Shown here one piece after another: positions 38,864 through 51,225 of a DNA stretch of 64,000 nt. The stretch is from Hormiphora californensis (Eukaryota; Animalia; Ctenophora): NCBI GenBank assembly GCA_020137815.1, contig CM035354.1, forward strand, positions 3,038,001 through 3,102,000, in the 5' to 3' direction. The first letter of the stretch is position 1. Each line of letters starts with the position of its first letter. A model generated the notes under the pieces. It was not told where the DNA came from. It saw nothing but the letters and a program-made list of their open reading frames with translations, and searched no databases. Both the position numbers and the translations under genes were made by a program.

Positions 38864-41800
38864 ATGCTGAAATACGCAAAGAGCGTCCCTCGGAGCGAGG
38901 AGATTGTTATTGCCCCAGCGACCGCCCAACTAGTACAACTGACCATCAGCTCGGAACTGGCCCGTCGCCAACACATCCCTGTACCTGACATGCTTCCCGC
39001 TGCACAGGTAGGTACCTACACGTTATTGTGGGGTAGCATGACGTTGGGTAGGGTTAGGGTTAGAAAGCAGATCTGTATGATAGTATCTAGATAGTTATCA
39101 GTAGGTATAGGGTTAGAAAGCATATCTGTATGTAGTTTCTAGATAAATAGGTAGCAGCTGGGTGTAACGACCAGGTCTGAAATCTTACTAACCCTTGAAA
39201 TCTAGCTTGATTCCTTCTACCAGATTGTTGTTGACGCGGGAAGATCATTTGCCCTAGCGGCTGAAGATGAAGCTTCCCGACTCTCCCCGGATTGTGCCAG
39301 ACAAGTTCGGAGCCTGATCAACGATCTTGACCTCTCCGGGAGTGACCTGATGAGTGTGAGCAATGCGTTGAGGAGTGATCAGAGCGTACCTCTTAGGACG
39401 GCACTTAGGGATGCTTGCTTCCAGTACAATCTCATCGTTATGAAGGTACCGGTTGGGTGATGCTGTTGAGGCTCTACGTCAGAGTCGCAATAGTATAGTA
39501 TAAGAGCGAGGAGAGGTGCGGGAAGCTACTATGTTTCTATGTTAGTCATATTTCCGCTTAGAAAGTTTCTTTAAAACCCCTCTTTCCCTCACAGATACTG
39601 CTATCTCTAAACGGCCAGAAGATAAAAATAATAAAGAGTTGTGGGGAACAGTTGGTAGCGGAGATCCACTCCATCCCCCAAACAAGTGGGAACATGAGAA
39701 CCCTAGTTCCCCTTTTCAAACACTTCATAGAGGATCTAACACAATTCTGCTACCGGATCACGGACTATTACAAGGAGATCAAGGATAAACAGACGAGGGT
39801 GTCCGTGGAAAATGCCCTGCGGATTATCAAGAGAACACCCACAGTGATCTCAAACATTCTTCAAGACAAGTCCAGGAGGGCAACCCTAACCACGGACCGG
39901 CAACTAGCAGAAAACATCAGGAAGTTTGTAACATCGGTCAAGAGTATTTTGAATGTGTTACGGGCCGTTGATGTCGAATCTGCAACTCGTTACTTGGAGC
40001 TGGTGCTTCACGCTAGCATTGCCGTGGCGGGGGAAACAGGATCAAATAGACGACAATCCATCAGTTCTATCTGTAAGAAGATTCTCCGGGTGAGATCAGA
40101 ACTGGGAAAGCTGTTTGCTGTGACCAGTAAAACCGCCCAATCGTGGAATACTATAAACCACCTCACGGGGGATATGAGCGAACAATTCTCCGAGCTAAAC
40201 CGGGTTCTGTCACAAACATACAAATCAAGTGAGCACGTGACGGAACAAAGTCGGCCGTTAATGAACTTGAGATCAGCTGCACAGCGGTGCGTCATCCCCA
40301 ACGACCCTGAACTGGACCAATACATTGAGAGGTTTAAACAGCACGCCAACAGGCTGATGGACATCACTGAGTATGCTGTCCAAGTATCGGAGGAGGGAGA
40401 TGAGAACATTCCGATCCTCAGGAAGATTGCCCACGATATCTCTGTGTTAGGCCCCAAGATAATCGCATGTGCTCTCTCTGTACACGCCCATCCTGAGGAG
40501 AATGTCACCCTGGCCTTTATGAATGCCATGTGTGCCGAGTGGAGTAGAATGGTGACCAGACTCCTGGCAATCATCGACAATCTAACTAATACTGGGGAGT
40601 TCCTCCGGGCAACTGAGGGTCACATTACCAAAGATATGGCTCTCTCTAAGCAGGCCTTCATCGATCAGGACAGCAAGGCTCTACAAAAAGCAGCAAAAGC
40701 AATGGTAAACCGGGCCCAGAGAGTGTTCCATGTCGGACAGAAGGAGCTCCTTAAGTCCACCTCAGCCGTGTTTTCTGATAACCTAGAGGGTGCACTAGGG
40801 GAGTTAGAGCATGCCCTTCCCAGGATCATAGCCCTAGTCCAGGCGGCGGGAGAGAACTTTGACGACATTAACACACAGGAAGAACTGGCGGCAGCGGCTC
40901 ACGATGTTGCCAAGGCAGTCCATGCCATCAAGACTATAGTGTGCGGGGATACAGCGGACCAGGGTGACCAGGTTACCACGCAAACTGATGCCACCAAGAG
41001 GTTCGCCTCCGCCCTACGGAGTGAGTCAGGGTTCTTTGACATTGGTGTCCAGACGTACCCTGAAAACATGACTAACGGTAACTCCGATATGAACCCTCCT
41101 GACATCCTCCTGCAGTTCGCGATGAAGGATGAATCTTTAGATCCGGATGATATCCAGAAACTGGTGGGGGCGAGTGGAATTAGGAAACCCCCGGCTTCAA
41201 TCAACGAGGCCATCATATCCCTGGCAGATCTAATCACAACCGCACTGAAGGGTGAATCACCAGAAAGTGCGATAACTGTCCTAGCGGCACACTGCGGCCG
41301 AATCAGGGACCTCAGTGTCCAGTGTCACAACTTGAGTGAGAATAAGAGCCGGCTGAGAACCATTGATTTCCTTGTCCGTGAGATGGACAAACTGACCCCA
41401 AGTGTGAATGACTGCCTGCCCGGAAGACAGCCCACGATACTCAAGATGTGGTAGCCATTGAGAATCTAAGGTGGAGTGCCCGTCACTGGGCTGACTCTGT
41501 TATCGTTCTGGGGAAAGCGTTCGATGACTTTGGTTTGGGTCCCCCAGCTCAGGATCACAACCTCAAGATTCCCTCAATCCGGGGTCTGCTATCAGCAGCA
41601 GCAGCCGGAGATAGGGACATGGTTGAGGCGGAGATTGACTCCCTCTCCCTACGGACCCAGAAACAGGTCGATCTGGCTGGGTACTGCAGTGCGGCCTGTC
41701 CTCAACTCCACCATAGCTCAACAGATTGACGAGACTGCGGAAGCAACTGGAGGGTGTCCTGGCTGAGCTGGCCCGAACTGCCCGCGAGATAGAAAAGGGA

Positions 41801-44800
41801 GAGGGGACGGATGAATTTACCATGTCTCAGATGGAACACTTGTCTGAGAAATGGCGGGAATTGTACGGGGATCTGTGTACCCTAGTAGCTAACAACCAAC
41901 CTGACACAATACCCAGTGAACACGAACTTGGCATCCCACCCTCCAAGGTTAACATTGCCATAGATCAGCTGGTGGGAGCCTGCTCGGGCAGGCGATAGAA
42001 ATAAAGTGCAGGTTCTAGGTAACAATCTGAGTGCCATGGCAACCAAAGTACGGCGGGTTTCCAAGCCCATAGCAGAGAGAAGTGATGAGTACCAAAGGGA
42101 CTATATCAATGAGACGAACAAGGAGCTACTGGAACTGACACCTGAACTGTTAAAATATGGGTTGTTAGTGGCATGCTGACCCTCATAATAACGAGTACTC
42201 TGAGGAACTTGATAGTCTTGCACAGAGGTGGTCTAACCAGATGATAGCACTATCGAATGCCCTTGATGCCGCCGGCTGAAGAGGAGGAGGAAGAGGGAGT
42301 TGCGAGAGAGGAGGGGGTTGTGGGAGAGGAGGGAGTTGTGAAAGAGGAAGGATTGGAGGTGGAGGTTGAGGATGTGCAGGCTAGTGAGGCTATAGCTCCT
42401 GTCCTACACAGAAGAAATACAAACCCACAGGATCTGAGGGAACCAATCGAAGCTGTCGGATACAGGTAACATATTCTGTTTGCAATTCTGTCTGTCTGTA
42501 TCTTGTTTTGAATGCTTGTCTGTCTGTATCTTGTTTTGAATGCTTGTCTGTCTGTATCTTGTTTTGAATGCTTGTCTGTCTGTATCTTGTTTTGAATGCT
42601 TGTCTGTCTGTATCTTGTTTTGAATGCTTGTCTGTCTGTATCTTGTTTTGTCTGTCTGTATCTTGTTTTGTCTGTCTGTATCTTGTTTGTACTTCTGACT
42701 AATTTTCTTGTTTCTCGTTGTGTATCATGTTAGTTCTAGGCTACATGCCAAACCGCATACAGTACTTTACTATACCATCTTCTCCCCCTGCTTTATTAAT
42801 CTCTCAGTTCCCCCACCCGTTCTCTCACAACCTCGATCTTTATAATACCCCTCCCTCTCTCTCAATATCTCAATCTCAACACTGCAGTGATCATTAATAA
42901 ACCATGGCTTAGTATAGCAAGCAGCAAGTAACGATTACTATAACTCTCTCTCCCCCTCTTGAATTGAGAAGAAGTACACCCGTGTTTGTTTGTCTGTTTC
43001 ATTCTAACTTCCACACACTCAGACAGTGTCCCGTATAATATATCGCAACATGACACCCTATCTCCTACCTACAGGTTGATTCGACAGGGCTCACTACGGG
43101 AAACTGAGGAGTCTGAGCTAAAAGAGATCAAATCAGTGACCACCAAACTGTGTGACTGCCTCCAGGTCTTGTGTTCTACACATCATGATGTCAATGAGAG
43201 GTAAGAAGGACATAATCGGTCTCAAACTTGTCCCTATCATGTATCGGTCCTACTTTATTTTCATCTAAACTTGCTCCTGTCATATAATTTTATCCTATCT
43301 ATCAACAGAAACCGGAACGATAATTCAAATCTCAAGTTAAGATCCCCCACCTGCACCCTCTCGAATCTTACCCCCTCCCCCACCCTCAGGTATGAGATGG
43401 AGGACAGCATAGAGAGTGTACGGGCCTCTGTGAACACCGTCCAACTCGGCAGACCGGGAGAACTAGGGGAGAGTGTAACAGAATGGCTCAACTCAATCAC
43501 CATTGTCAAGGACCATCTAAACAAGTTCCTAGATCCACTCCTGGAGATAGTTTCCACTCCATCAAACAAGGAACAATTTGTCAGTGCACCACACCGAGTA
43601 GAATCCCTGGTAACATCTCTCCGGGATGTAGTCCACGATTTAGAGAGGGCAGTTGAGTTGGGGCTGGTTAAATCTGAGCGTGATAGAGATGATATCACCC
43701 TGGTAACGGTAACTATGGACCACCTTGAGGGTGCTACACCACAACTCCTCGATGCCATCAAGGTGATCCAGGGACGTCCTGAGGATGCCGCACAGAGAAC
43801 TAAATTTGAGGCTATCAAGTATCAGTGGGGTACGAAGTTGAAACTCCTGACGATCGCTCTGGATGATGTTCTCCTGCCCCATTGTGACTTCCCCGCAAGA
43901 TACGAGGATAGAGCCATTGGGCGCCCCATGGACACTGTTGATAGTGTCCTAGCATCAGTAGATCGGATATCCGAGGCGCTTTCAGAACAGGAATTCAGTG
44001 GGCTAGCATCAAAACACATCACCCGGTTACTGACCCACAAGGACTGCAAACTACCTGATCTTGAAGTCGCTGAGTTTGTCTCCCTTCGAGTTGAGACATG
44101 TTTTGCTGTCTACCTCCTCAACTCAGCGGTCGAAGAGACATGTTCCAATGTGTGTGGGATGATTCCAGCCCTCTCCAGGGAGATCCTGGATGTGTCATCA
44201 GTTGAGTTTGATGAAGAGAGGCTGGGGGAGACTACCGAGGAGGCAATAGATGCAGTGAGGTTGATTAGTGCCAGGGTGTCGGGTGGTGATAAGGAGGTGG
44301 CGCAGATGAAGGCGAGCATGGTGTCACTGGTGTCCGCCCTGACAAGGATCACTGACGCGCCCACTAAAGAGGTAGGAATTATAAAATTTTATAAGATTTA
44401 TATGATCAATAAACTTCCATTTTTTCTGTCCCTGTTTTTTTTCTAGTTTCTGCTGCAGTAATCCATGGTAATGAGGGATTGTTATATCGTCCTTTTCTCT
44501 CTGAGTAGATTATCCAAGAGGCGAGAATGTTTCCCGCATGTGGAATGAATATTCGATCACACACTGCATACCTTTATTCATTTTCCTAGTTTGAGCCCTT
44601 CTAATAGAGACTCTATAGATCACTCAATAACGTGCACCTTTCTTCGAATCCCAACTCTCTCAATCATTCTCATTCTCCCGCCAAAAATAAATCCCAAATC
44701 TCTCATTCTCAATCTCCACAGCCATCTTTGCAGGTGGTACTAGAATTCAAAACTTCTTACACGGACTGGTTGTGTAAAGTAAAAGCCCTGGCTGGCGATA

Positions 44801-46135
44801 CCAAGTTCGATACCAGTATCTACGAGATGAGTGATGAGGAGGAAGAGGAGGAGGAGGAGGTGGTGGATGGGCCGGCCCTCCTTCACTTGCCACCTGACGA
44901 GGAGGGAGTGAGGTCAACCACCTTCCGATCTGACCTTTCAGGTATTAACTGAACCCAAGAGTTCTACTTTTCATAAGCTGGTGTTTGTGAGAGTCTGTGT
45001 CCTGTATGTGGGAGAATCTGACCAATTCAAGGATTGTTTGTGTGTAAGAATCTGAACAAGTCAACTAGGGCACAAACCTAGAGCTATTCATTAGGGTTTA
45101 CTTGTGTAATATACCTCCAAATATGGAGTGCAATTAATCTGCCTGTCAGTTGGCCATCCACCCCGTATAGGCTTTACACCACACACCACGTCCATGTTAT
45201 AGGACCTGTTATAGGATTGCTTTCACTTTCACTTAGGCAAGATGGTTAGTTTCACTTTCACTTAGGCAAGAGGGTTGGTTTCACTTTCACTTTCACTTTT
45301 CAGGTTCCCAAACATTTGACGAGCTGCATTTCTCGGACAATGAAGGTGAATCGAGGACCCCAGAGCCCACATTTGTTCCTCCAATAATCTCCGAGGAAGA
45401 TGAGGGAGATTTGGTGAGTTTGGAGAGAGATAGAGAACGAGAAGAGAGAGAGAGTTGGTGAGTTTGGAGAGAGAGATAGCACGAGATGAGGGAGATTTGG
45501 TGAGTTTGGAGAGAGAGATAGCACGAGATGAGGGAGATTTGGTGAGTTTGGAGAGATAGAGAACGAGAAGAGAGAGATTTGGTGAGTTTGGAGAGATAGA
45601 GAGCACGAGATTTGATTTTAGAAATAATCCGGTCGGAAAGAACTAAATTACTAAACTTTCTCCCCCTTTTTAGCCGGATGAGTGTGAACCGTTAGAGTTG
45701 GGAACTACAGAGGACCCCCGACAATCGGTTAGTTTTACATTCAGAGTATTATGTAGCATCATGAAATATATGCAGTAGTGTTAAGTAACATGTGCAGCAG
45801 TGTTAAGTAACATGTAACTTGATGATTCAGTGAGATGAGCCGTTAAAACTGAAACGCCCTTTTCCCAGCGTCATTACGCACCTGATCAGCACGCTACTTT
45901 TCCATGCATCATAGCAGAGTCCTGTATGATGATGATAGCTTTAGATATATATAGAGAGGCGATATAGCGAGCGAGAGGAGAGCGAGAAGAGAGAGAGAGA
46001 GGCGAGAGCGAGAGAAGAGAGAGCAGAGATAGAGTCGCGAGAGAAGCGAGAGGCTCGATCGAGCGCGAGAGCGCTAGCGGATCTCGATATCGATCGAGAC
46101 TAGAGATGAGTAGATCTCTATCTCCTCTCTCTCTC

Positions 46136-46204
<69 letters not shown>

Positions 46205-49200
46205 GTATATATCTCTCTTCAGCCGACTGTATGTGATGTGGCCGCCGTTGTGAATGAGAAAGCGTTGGCGTTAGAGGAAGCAAGAAAGGGACAAGGACGA
46301 GCAGAACGGACACTTAGTGAAACGATTCAGGTACAACAAATTTGTTGGGGGTTTTGATACACCATGCCTGACAAACTGTCAATTGTATAGCTATAGATGT
46401 GGCGGAGAGTTAGAGCATAACAAGCCAAGGAAACTTTGATCGAGATTGTAGAAAAGTCTGGAAAGTCTCTCAAATCTTGATCCTGTGCCAGGATTAGTCA
46501 TTAGAGCTTGTACGTGTGATTTGCTGCATACCACACTGAATAATGCTACGTCCCGCATAATGCTACATTATCTGTACGTGTAAACTCAAACATATCCCCC
46601 CTCGAGAAACAAGCTCTTTAATCCACAGAACGGGGTGGGGGGAACAAGCGGCCATTTTATTGTTGTTATTTCACGGTGTGTAGGAAGTTAAGAGGGTTTC
46701 TGAAAGGGTGTAAAATGTACTGTGTGTGGGGGGGGGGGGGGATCCTTTGTTCTCAACACCACAAACTTGTAGTCTGTATCTCCCTCTACCCTTTTTGTTA
46801 TACCATCCTACAAATACCTATTACTCCAAACCCTCCCTTTTCCCACCTAACCCCATCTAACCTCTCCTAACCACTTCTAACCTCTCCTAACCCCATCTGG
46901 TATCTAACCTCTCCTTGCCACTTCTAACATCTACTAACCCTATTCTAATCTCTTCTAACCCCATCTAACCCCGTTCTAATCTCTCCTACCCACCACATCT
47001 AACCTCTCCTAACCCCGCTCTCACTGCAGGATCTAGATGACGAGTTGGCACCGTGGGAAACAGAACAAAATGACATCCTCCTGGCCACCAAGAAACTACT
47101 ACAACAGTTCCTTCTGATCATTGGAAATCCAGACAACAAGTAAGAGATAACATTTGTTTTGTTGTTATGTTTGTTACGTTTGTGGTTTTTTGTTTGTCGT
47201 TATATTTAGTGTTTAGGGATTTGTATCGGTGGAACAGTCCAATATATGTCCCTAGGTATGGTGCCAATATAACATTACACAGAGATCCATGGTGTGTGTG
47301 CCACCTGGTGCCACATGTTGTGTGGTATAGTGTGTAGAATTCCTATTCTATTACCTAGAACAGGCTTTCAAAGGTAGAGTGTAAGGGAACAAAAGCTTCT
47401 TCTATGTGATCTTGACCCTTCAAATATAATTCATTCCATATTTTTGAGTTAACAACTCTGACTAACTCCCCCTCCTCTCTCCCAGGGCCCAAGTTATCGA
47501 GTTAGCAATGCAGATATCCGATACGGTACAGGAGTTATGTGACAGCTTAGCAGTTATCATACCCACATGCGAACACAAGGGATGTGCTAGTGATCTTCAG
47601 TTCTGTTCTTCTACACTTCCCTCCATTTCCCGGCAAATCATGATAACCGCTTCACTTGTCCCCACTGATGGTGAGTCTAGTTATTTATTTATTTAAATTT
47701 TTAATGTCATCATTTTTCCTGCTAATATTAGGTCATCCAGTATTGATTGTCGTTGGGCTTTTATCGGAAAAATGGTTTGAGATATAGCAAAATGGACTTC
47801 ACCACTGTTTTTCTCACTCGATTTTGGATCGGAATACAATGCCTGATATTGGAATATGGTTGTTCTCGGTTCCCACCATGCAATTTTCTCTACCCCACTC
47901 TTGTTGCCGCTGCAAATGGAAAATTGCAATTTTCGAGTTTAAGAACTAAAGCTGCTGTACAACTTGAAAATGGTACTTGAGTGATGTTTTGTTGCATCAA
48001 GCTCGTTCATTGGACAATTATCTATCGTTTCAGATGTAATAAAACATCCTATTTTTGTTTTTTCACTGAGCAATTGGCCTCCAAAAAGTTTTGGTAAAAA
48101 TTATAAACTTTCACTTCCGAGTCTCATCAGGATTGGCTTATAATCAACAACTCTGCAGTAAAAGATAGTTCTAAGTAAGTTCTAAGACATAGTGAAGCCA
48201 ATTATGTAATTTGTTGACTTTGAAATTGACTAATTGATGTTTTGGAACAAACCCCCGAAACGGGCATGTTTTTTCTTCACTTTTTCGCTTTTTTGTGTAA
48301 CATTTACTGCTCTAGAGGTTATTAGTGAACTCGCAGAACCTTAAATCGCATATATAAATCATCCTTGGACGATTTGCTATCGATTAAGCACCACGGGAGC
48401 TTAAAAGAATGTACCAGTTTTCCTAGAGACTCGTTTTAAAAAGGTTGGTAACCCCATGCAGCGGCAACAAGAGTGGGGTAGAGAGAATACCCTGCTGGGA
48501 ACCGAGAACAACCTCATACCGATATCAGGCAGTGTATTCCGATCCAAAATCGAGTGAGAAAAACGGTGGTGAAGTCCATTTTGGTCTATCTCAAACCATT
48601 TTCCTATACAAGCCCAACGACAATCAATACTGGATGACCTAATATCACCCCCACCCCATTTCCTCACTGAATATGAGGCTGATAAAATGTCAACCTATCC
48701 TCTATTCTCTGTGTACATTTAGTTTGTAATTACTGATTATAATGTTCCTTTTCCTAGTTTCAGAGACAATGATACAAACATTAAACTTTTATTTTCCTGC
48801 AAATCAGTACCGTATAATACCATCAGATCGATAGACATGTAATATGTCACGATGACAACTAGAATTATAGCTCTCTTTTTGAGAAAGTTTCTCATGCTGT
48901 CTCGGAGAAAATGAATACAATAAAAGGAAGCTCTAGATGTATCATTTGCTTCCAGATGTCTGTTTAGATCAGTAGACGGGAGACAATGGAACGCATTTCC
49001 GTGTTTTACACCCTTCTATCTTTCTTAGTCCCCCTATCTATTTTTCTAACTATTCTCGCTCTCCCTACATACCCAACAACCCCATTTACAACAAAACTGT
49101 TTCAGGTCCCCTCTCCCTGGTTTCACCCCACTAACCCCCACCTCCTTCCCAGGTCCCCTCTCCCTGGTTTCACCTCACATCATCTCCATGGTGGAGTGTC

Positions 49201-49313
49201 TCCACAAATTGCTGAGATCCAGCTATCACGCCCATCTTTCTGGAATGTTGCCCGACCTGGAATGGACGGGGGTCGATGAAGGGAGTGATAGTGATGAAAG
49301 TGTTGTAGTTTGA
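38864..49313 (+). CDS. Very long alpha-catenin/vinculin-family protein, multi-exon, with clustered apparent frameshifts at 41400-42280
   Basis: N-terminal EEIVIAPATAQLVQL; M-domain-like EFLRATEGHITKD..AMVNRAQRVFHV; tail-domain-like DLDDELAPWETEQNDILLATKKL (47030-47139) and CEHKGCASDL..ISRQIMI (47486-47670); last exon 49153-49313 (SLVSPHIISMVECLHKLLRSSY). Confidence 0.78.
42488..42688. repeat. 28-bp minisatellite (tctgtctgtatcttgttttgaatgcttg) in intron
   Basis: About five full copies plus truncated units. Confidence 0.9.
45405..45610. repeat. ~40-bp tandem repeat beginning at a splice donor (gatttggtgagtttggagagag...)
   Basis: About five degenerate copies, each containing tg|gtgagt. Confidence 0.75.
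47731..48639. mobile_element. Non-autonomous DNA transposon with ~180-bp imperfect TIRs (Merlin-like GG termini)
   Basis: Termini are ggtcatccagtattgattgtcgttgggctt... and ...aagcccaacgacaatcaatactggatgacc. The flanks taatatta/taatatca match at 7 of 8 bp; a TA TSD is an alternative reading. Confidence 0.8.
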
Positions 49314-51225
49314 ACAGTGACGTATTTATACAGTTTTATTATTTTGCATGTTTTTGACAAAAGAGTTGAGAGCAGTAAATATGACCATCAGCTGTATGGC
49401 GGCGCCCAGATCGGGTCGGCGGCGCCAGACAGACCATCAGCAAGAGAGAAACAGTAGTAGAGTTTTTGATTGACACCCCAACTGATTGAATGCATTTTAA
49501 ATGACTTGAATAATGTTTGTATTGTTAACGTAAATATGATCTTCTTTTAAGAAAGCTTTTAGCTTATGTTTTTGATATCGACATTCCGATATTCCGTCAT
49601 GGCAAGTTTGTAGCGTAGCAACTGAAACAGGCTCAGAGCGTATAAACAGTCACAGTTACGGAGGGCGCGACGACATCCCTATGGTAAAAGCACAACGCGC
49701 AGTCGGTTTGTGTGGCAATTTAGTCACGCGCAAAAACAGCGCGCGCCGCGGGTGATATGTTTGCCTAAAATTAAATTTGAAATTTAAAAAGCATTTTCAG
49801 GGTGTGAACTGCATGTCGTGTTTGCTAGTCGCGAGCGCGCTTGCGAGACAAGCAAACACGTCAAGGTTCATTAACAAGCATGCTGCTCAGTCATTTTAGA
49901 TTTAATACACAATGTAAGGATACCATGTAATAGGTGAGACTCTTGCCGTCACCCTCGTTCAAGTCCCGTGAAAAACGGAGCAGTACACGCAAACTGATGC
50001 CCATTTTCCTCGCGTGACCCCGATTCAGCAGTTTGAGACACCAACTCTTTAGAGGGCCATATCTCAGGAACCAAACAAGATAGGAAAAATCGCCGTCTAA
50101 TGAGGCGTACAGTTTTTAATCTAGTTTACCACTGTACCGGCCGTTTCACTCTCCGACCTAAAACAAAAATCGCAACCCCACAAAACTTCAAAATAATGAA
50201 ATAACAATAACAATAACAATAACATTATACATATTTAAATCGCTTTTGAGCTATATAATGCTATTCTCGATCAGCTTAAACAGCGTCCTCTCGATAATAG
50301 CAAGCTTTCTAAAGCGCTTCATCGCTGAAATAACCTATAGACATTCGTCCTCGTCGTCATAGATAATAAATTATATAAAAATAAAAACGGACTTAAATAA
50401 TTAATAAATAAGATACAAAAGACAGACTGAACACCGATGGACACACAAATACATGCAACACACACACACGTCATACACATACACATTCATACAAACACAA
50501 GCAAGTACTTAACATACGAACAATTAAGCACACAACCAAATTCACCAACGTCCAACGGAGTCCAGAGATAATCAACCCTACCACATACTGAACAAAATAA
50601 AGAAATAAACGCTAATTGAGTGTTGTCCTCATTACTCATTAGTTCATTGTGACTAGGACTCGCTTTGTCTTGGATTATTATTATCATGGTTATTTGTTAT
50701 CATGGAGGAATATCAGTTTCACACTTAGGAGATATCATGTAGGATTTCAGGATTTAGGAATTTACTTTAGGTCTTTTAGTTCTGAAAATAAGGTGCTCTG
50801 GAGGGGGTTAATCTTCATAGTAGAAGCCTCCAAGAGCAATATAGCACTGTGAATTGCGCAGCCAAGACTACACAATTCACAGTCCCATTGTGTGAGAAGT
50901 CAACTGTACACGTCAAACAGTTGCCAAAAGGCGTATCTACAAGTAAGTCAGTGTCTAGATCTGTCATGGGTGGGGATTCTTTTTTTTTTTTATTCTCACA
51001 CACACTTTTTTCTCACATTATTTTTCTGACATCCCTCTTTCTTTTTTAACTTTTACTACCTCACATTCGATCATGTATTTTTCCGTTTTTTGCTGAGGAG
51101 GACGAAACATACAGAAACAATTCAATAATATCTACTCAGTACCCTATATCCCATGACCCCGTCTTGAAAGATCAATATTCAAATCCATATTATCCATCAC
51201 TAGCAACTACACACATAATAACATG

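Noticed and set aside
36232-41237. Antisense ORFs within PCNX4 and the catenin-like exon
   Set aside because: Shadow ORFs of long sense-strand coding sequence, with no independent motifs.
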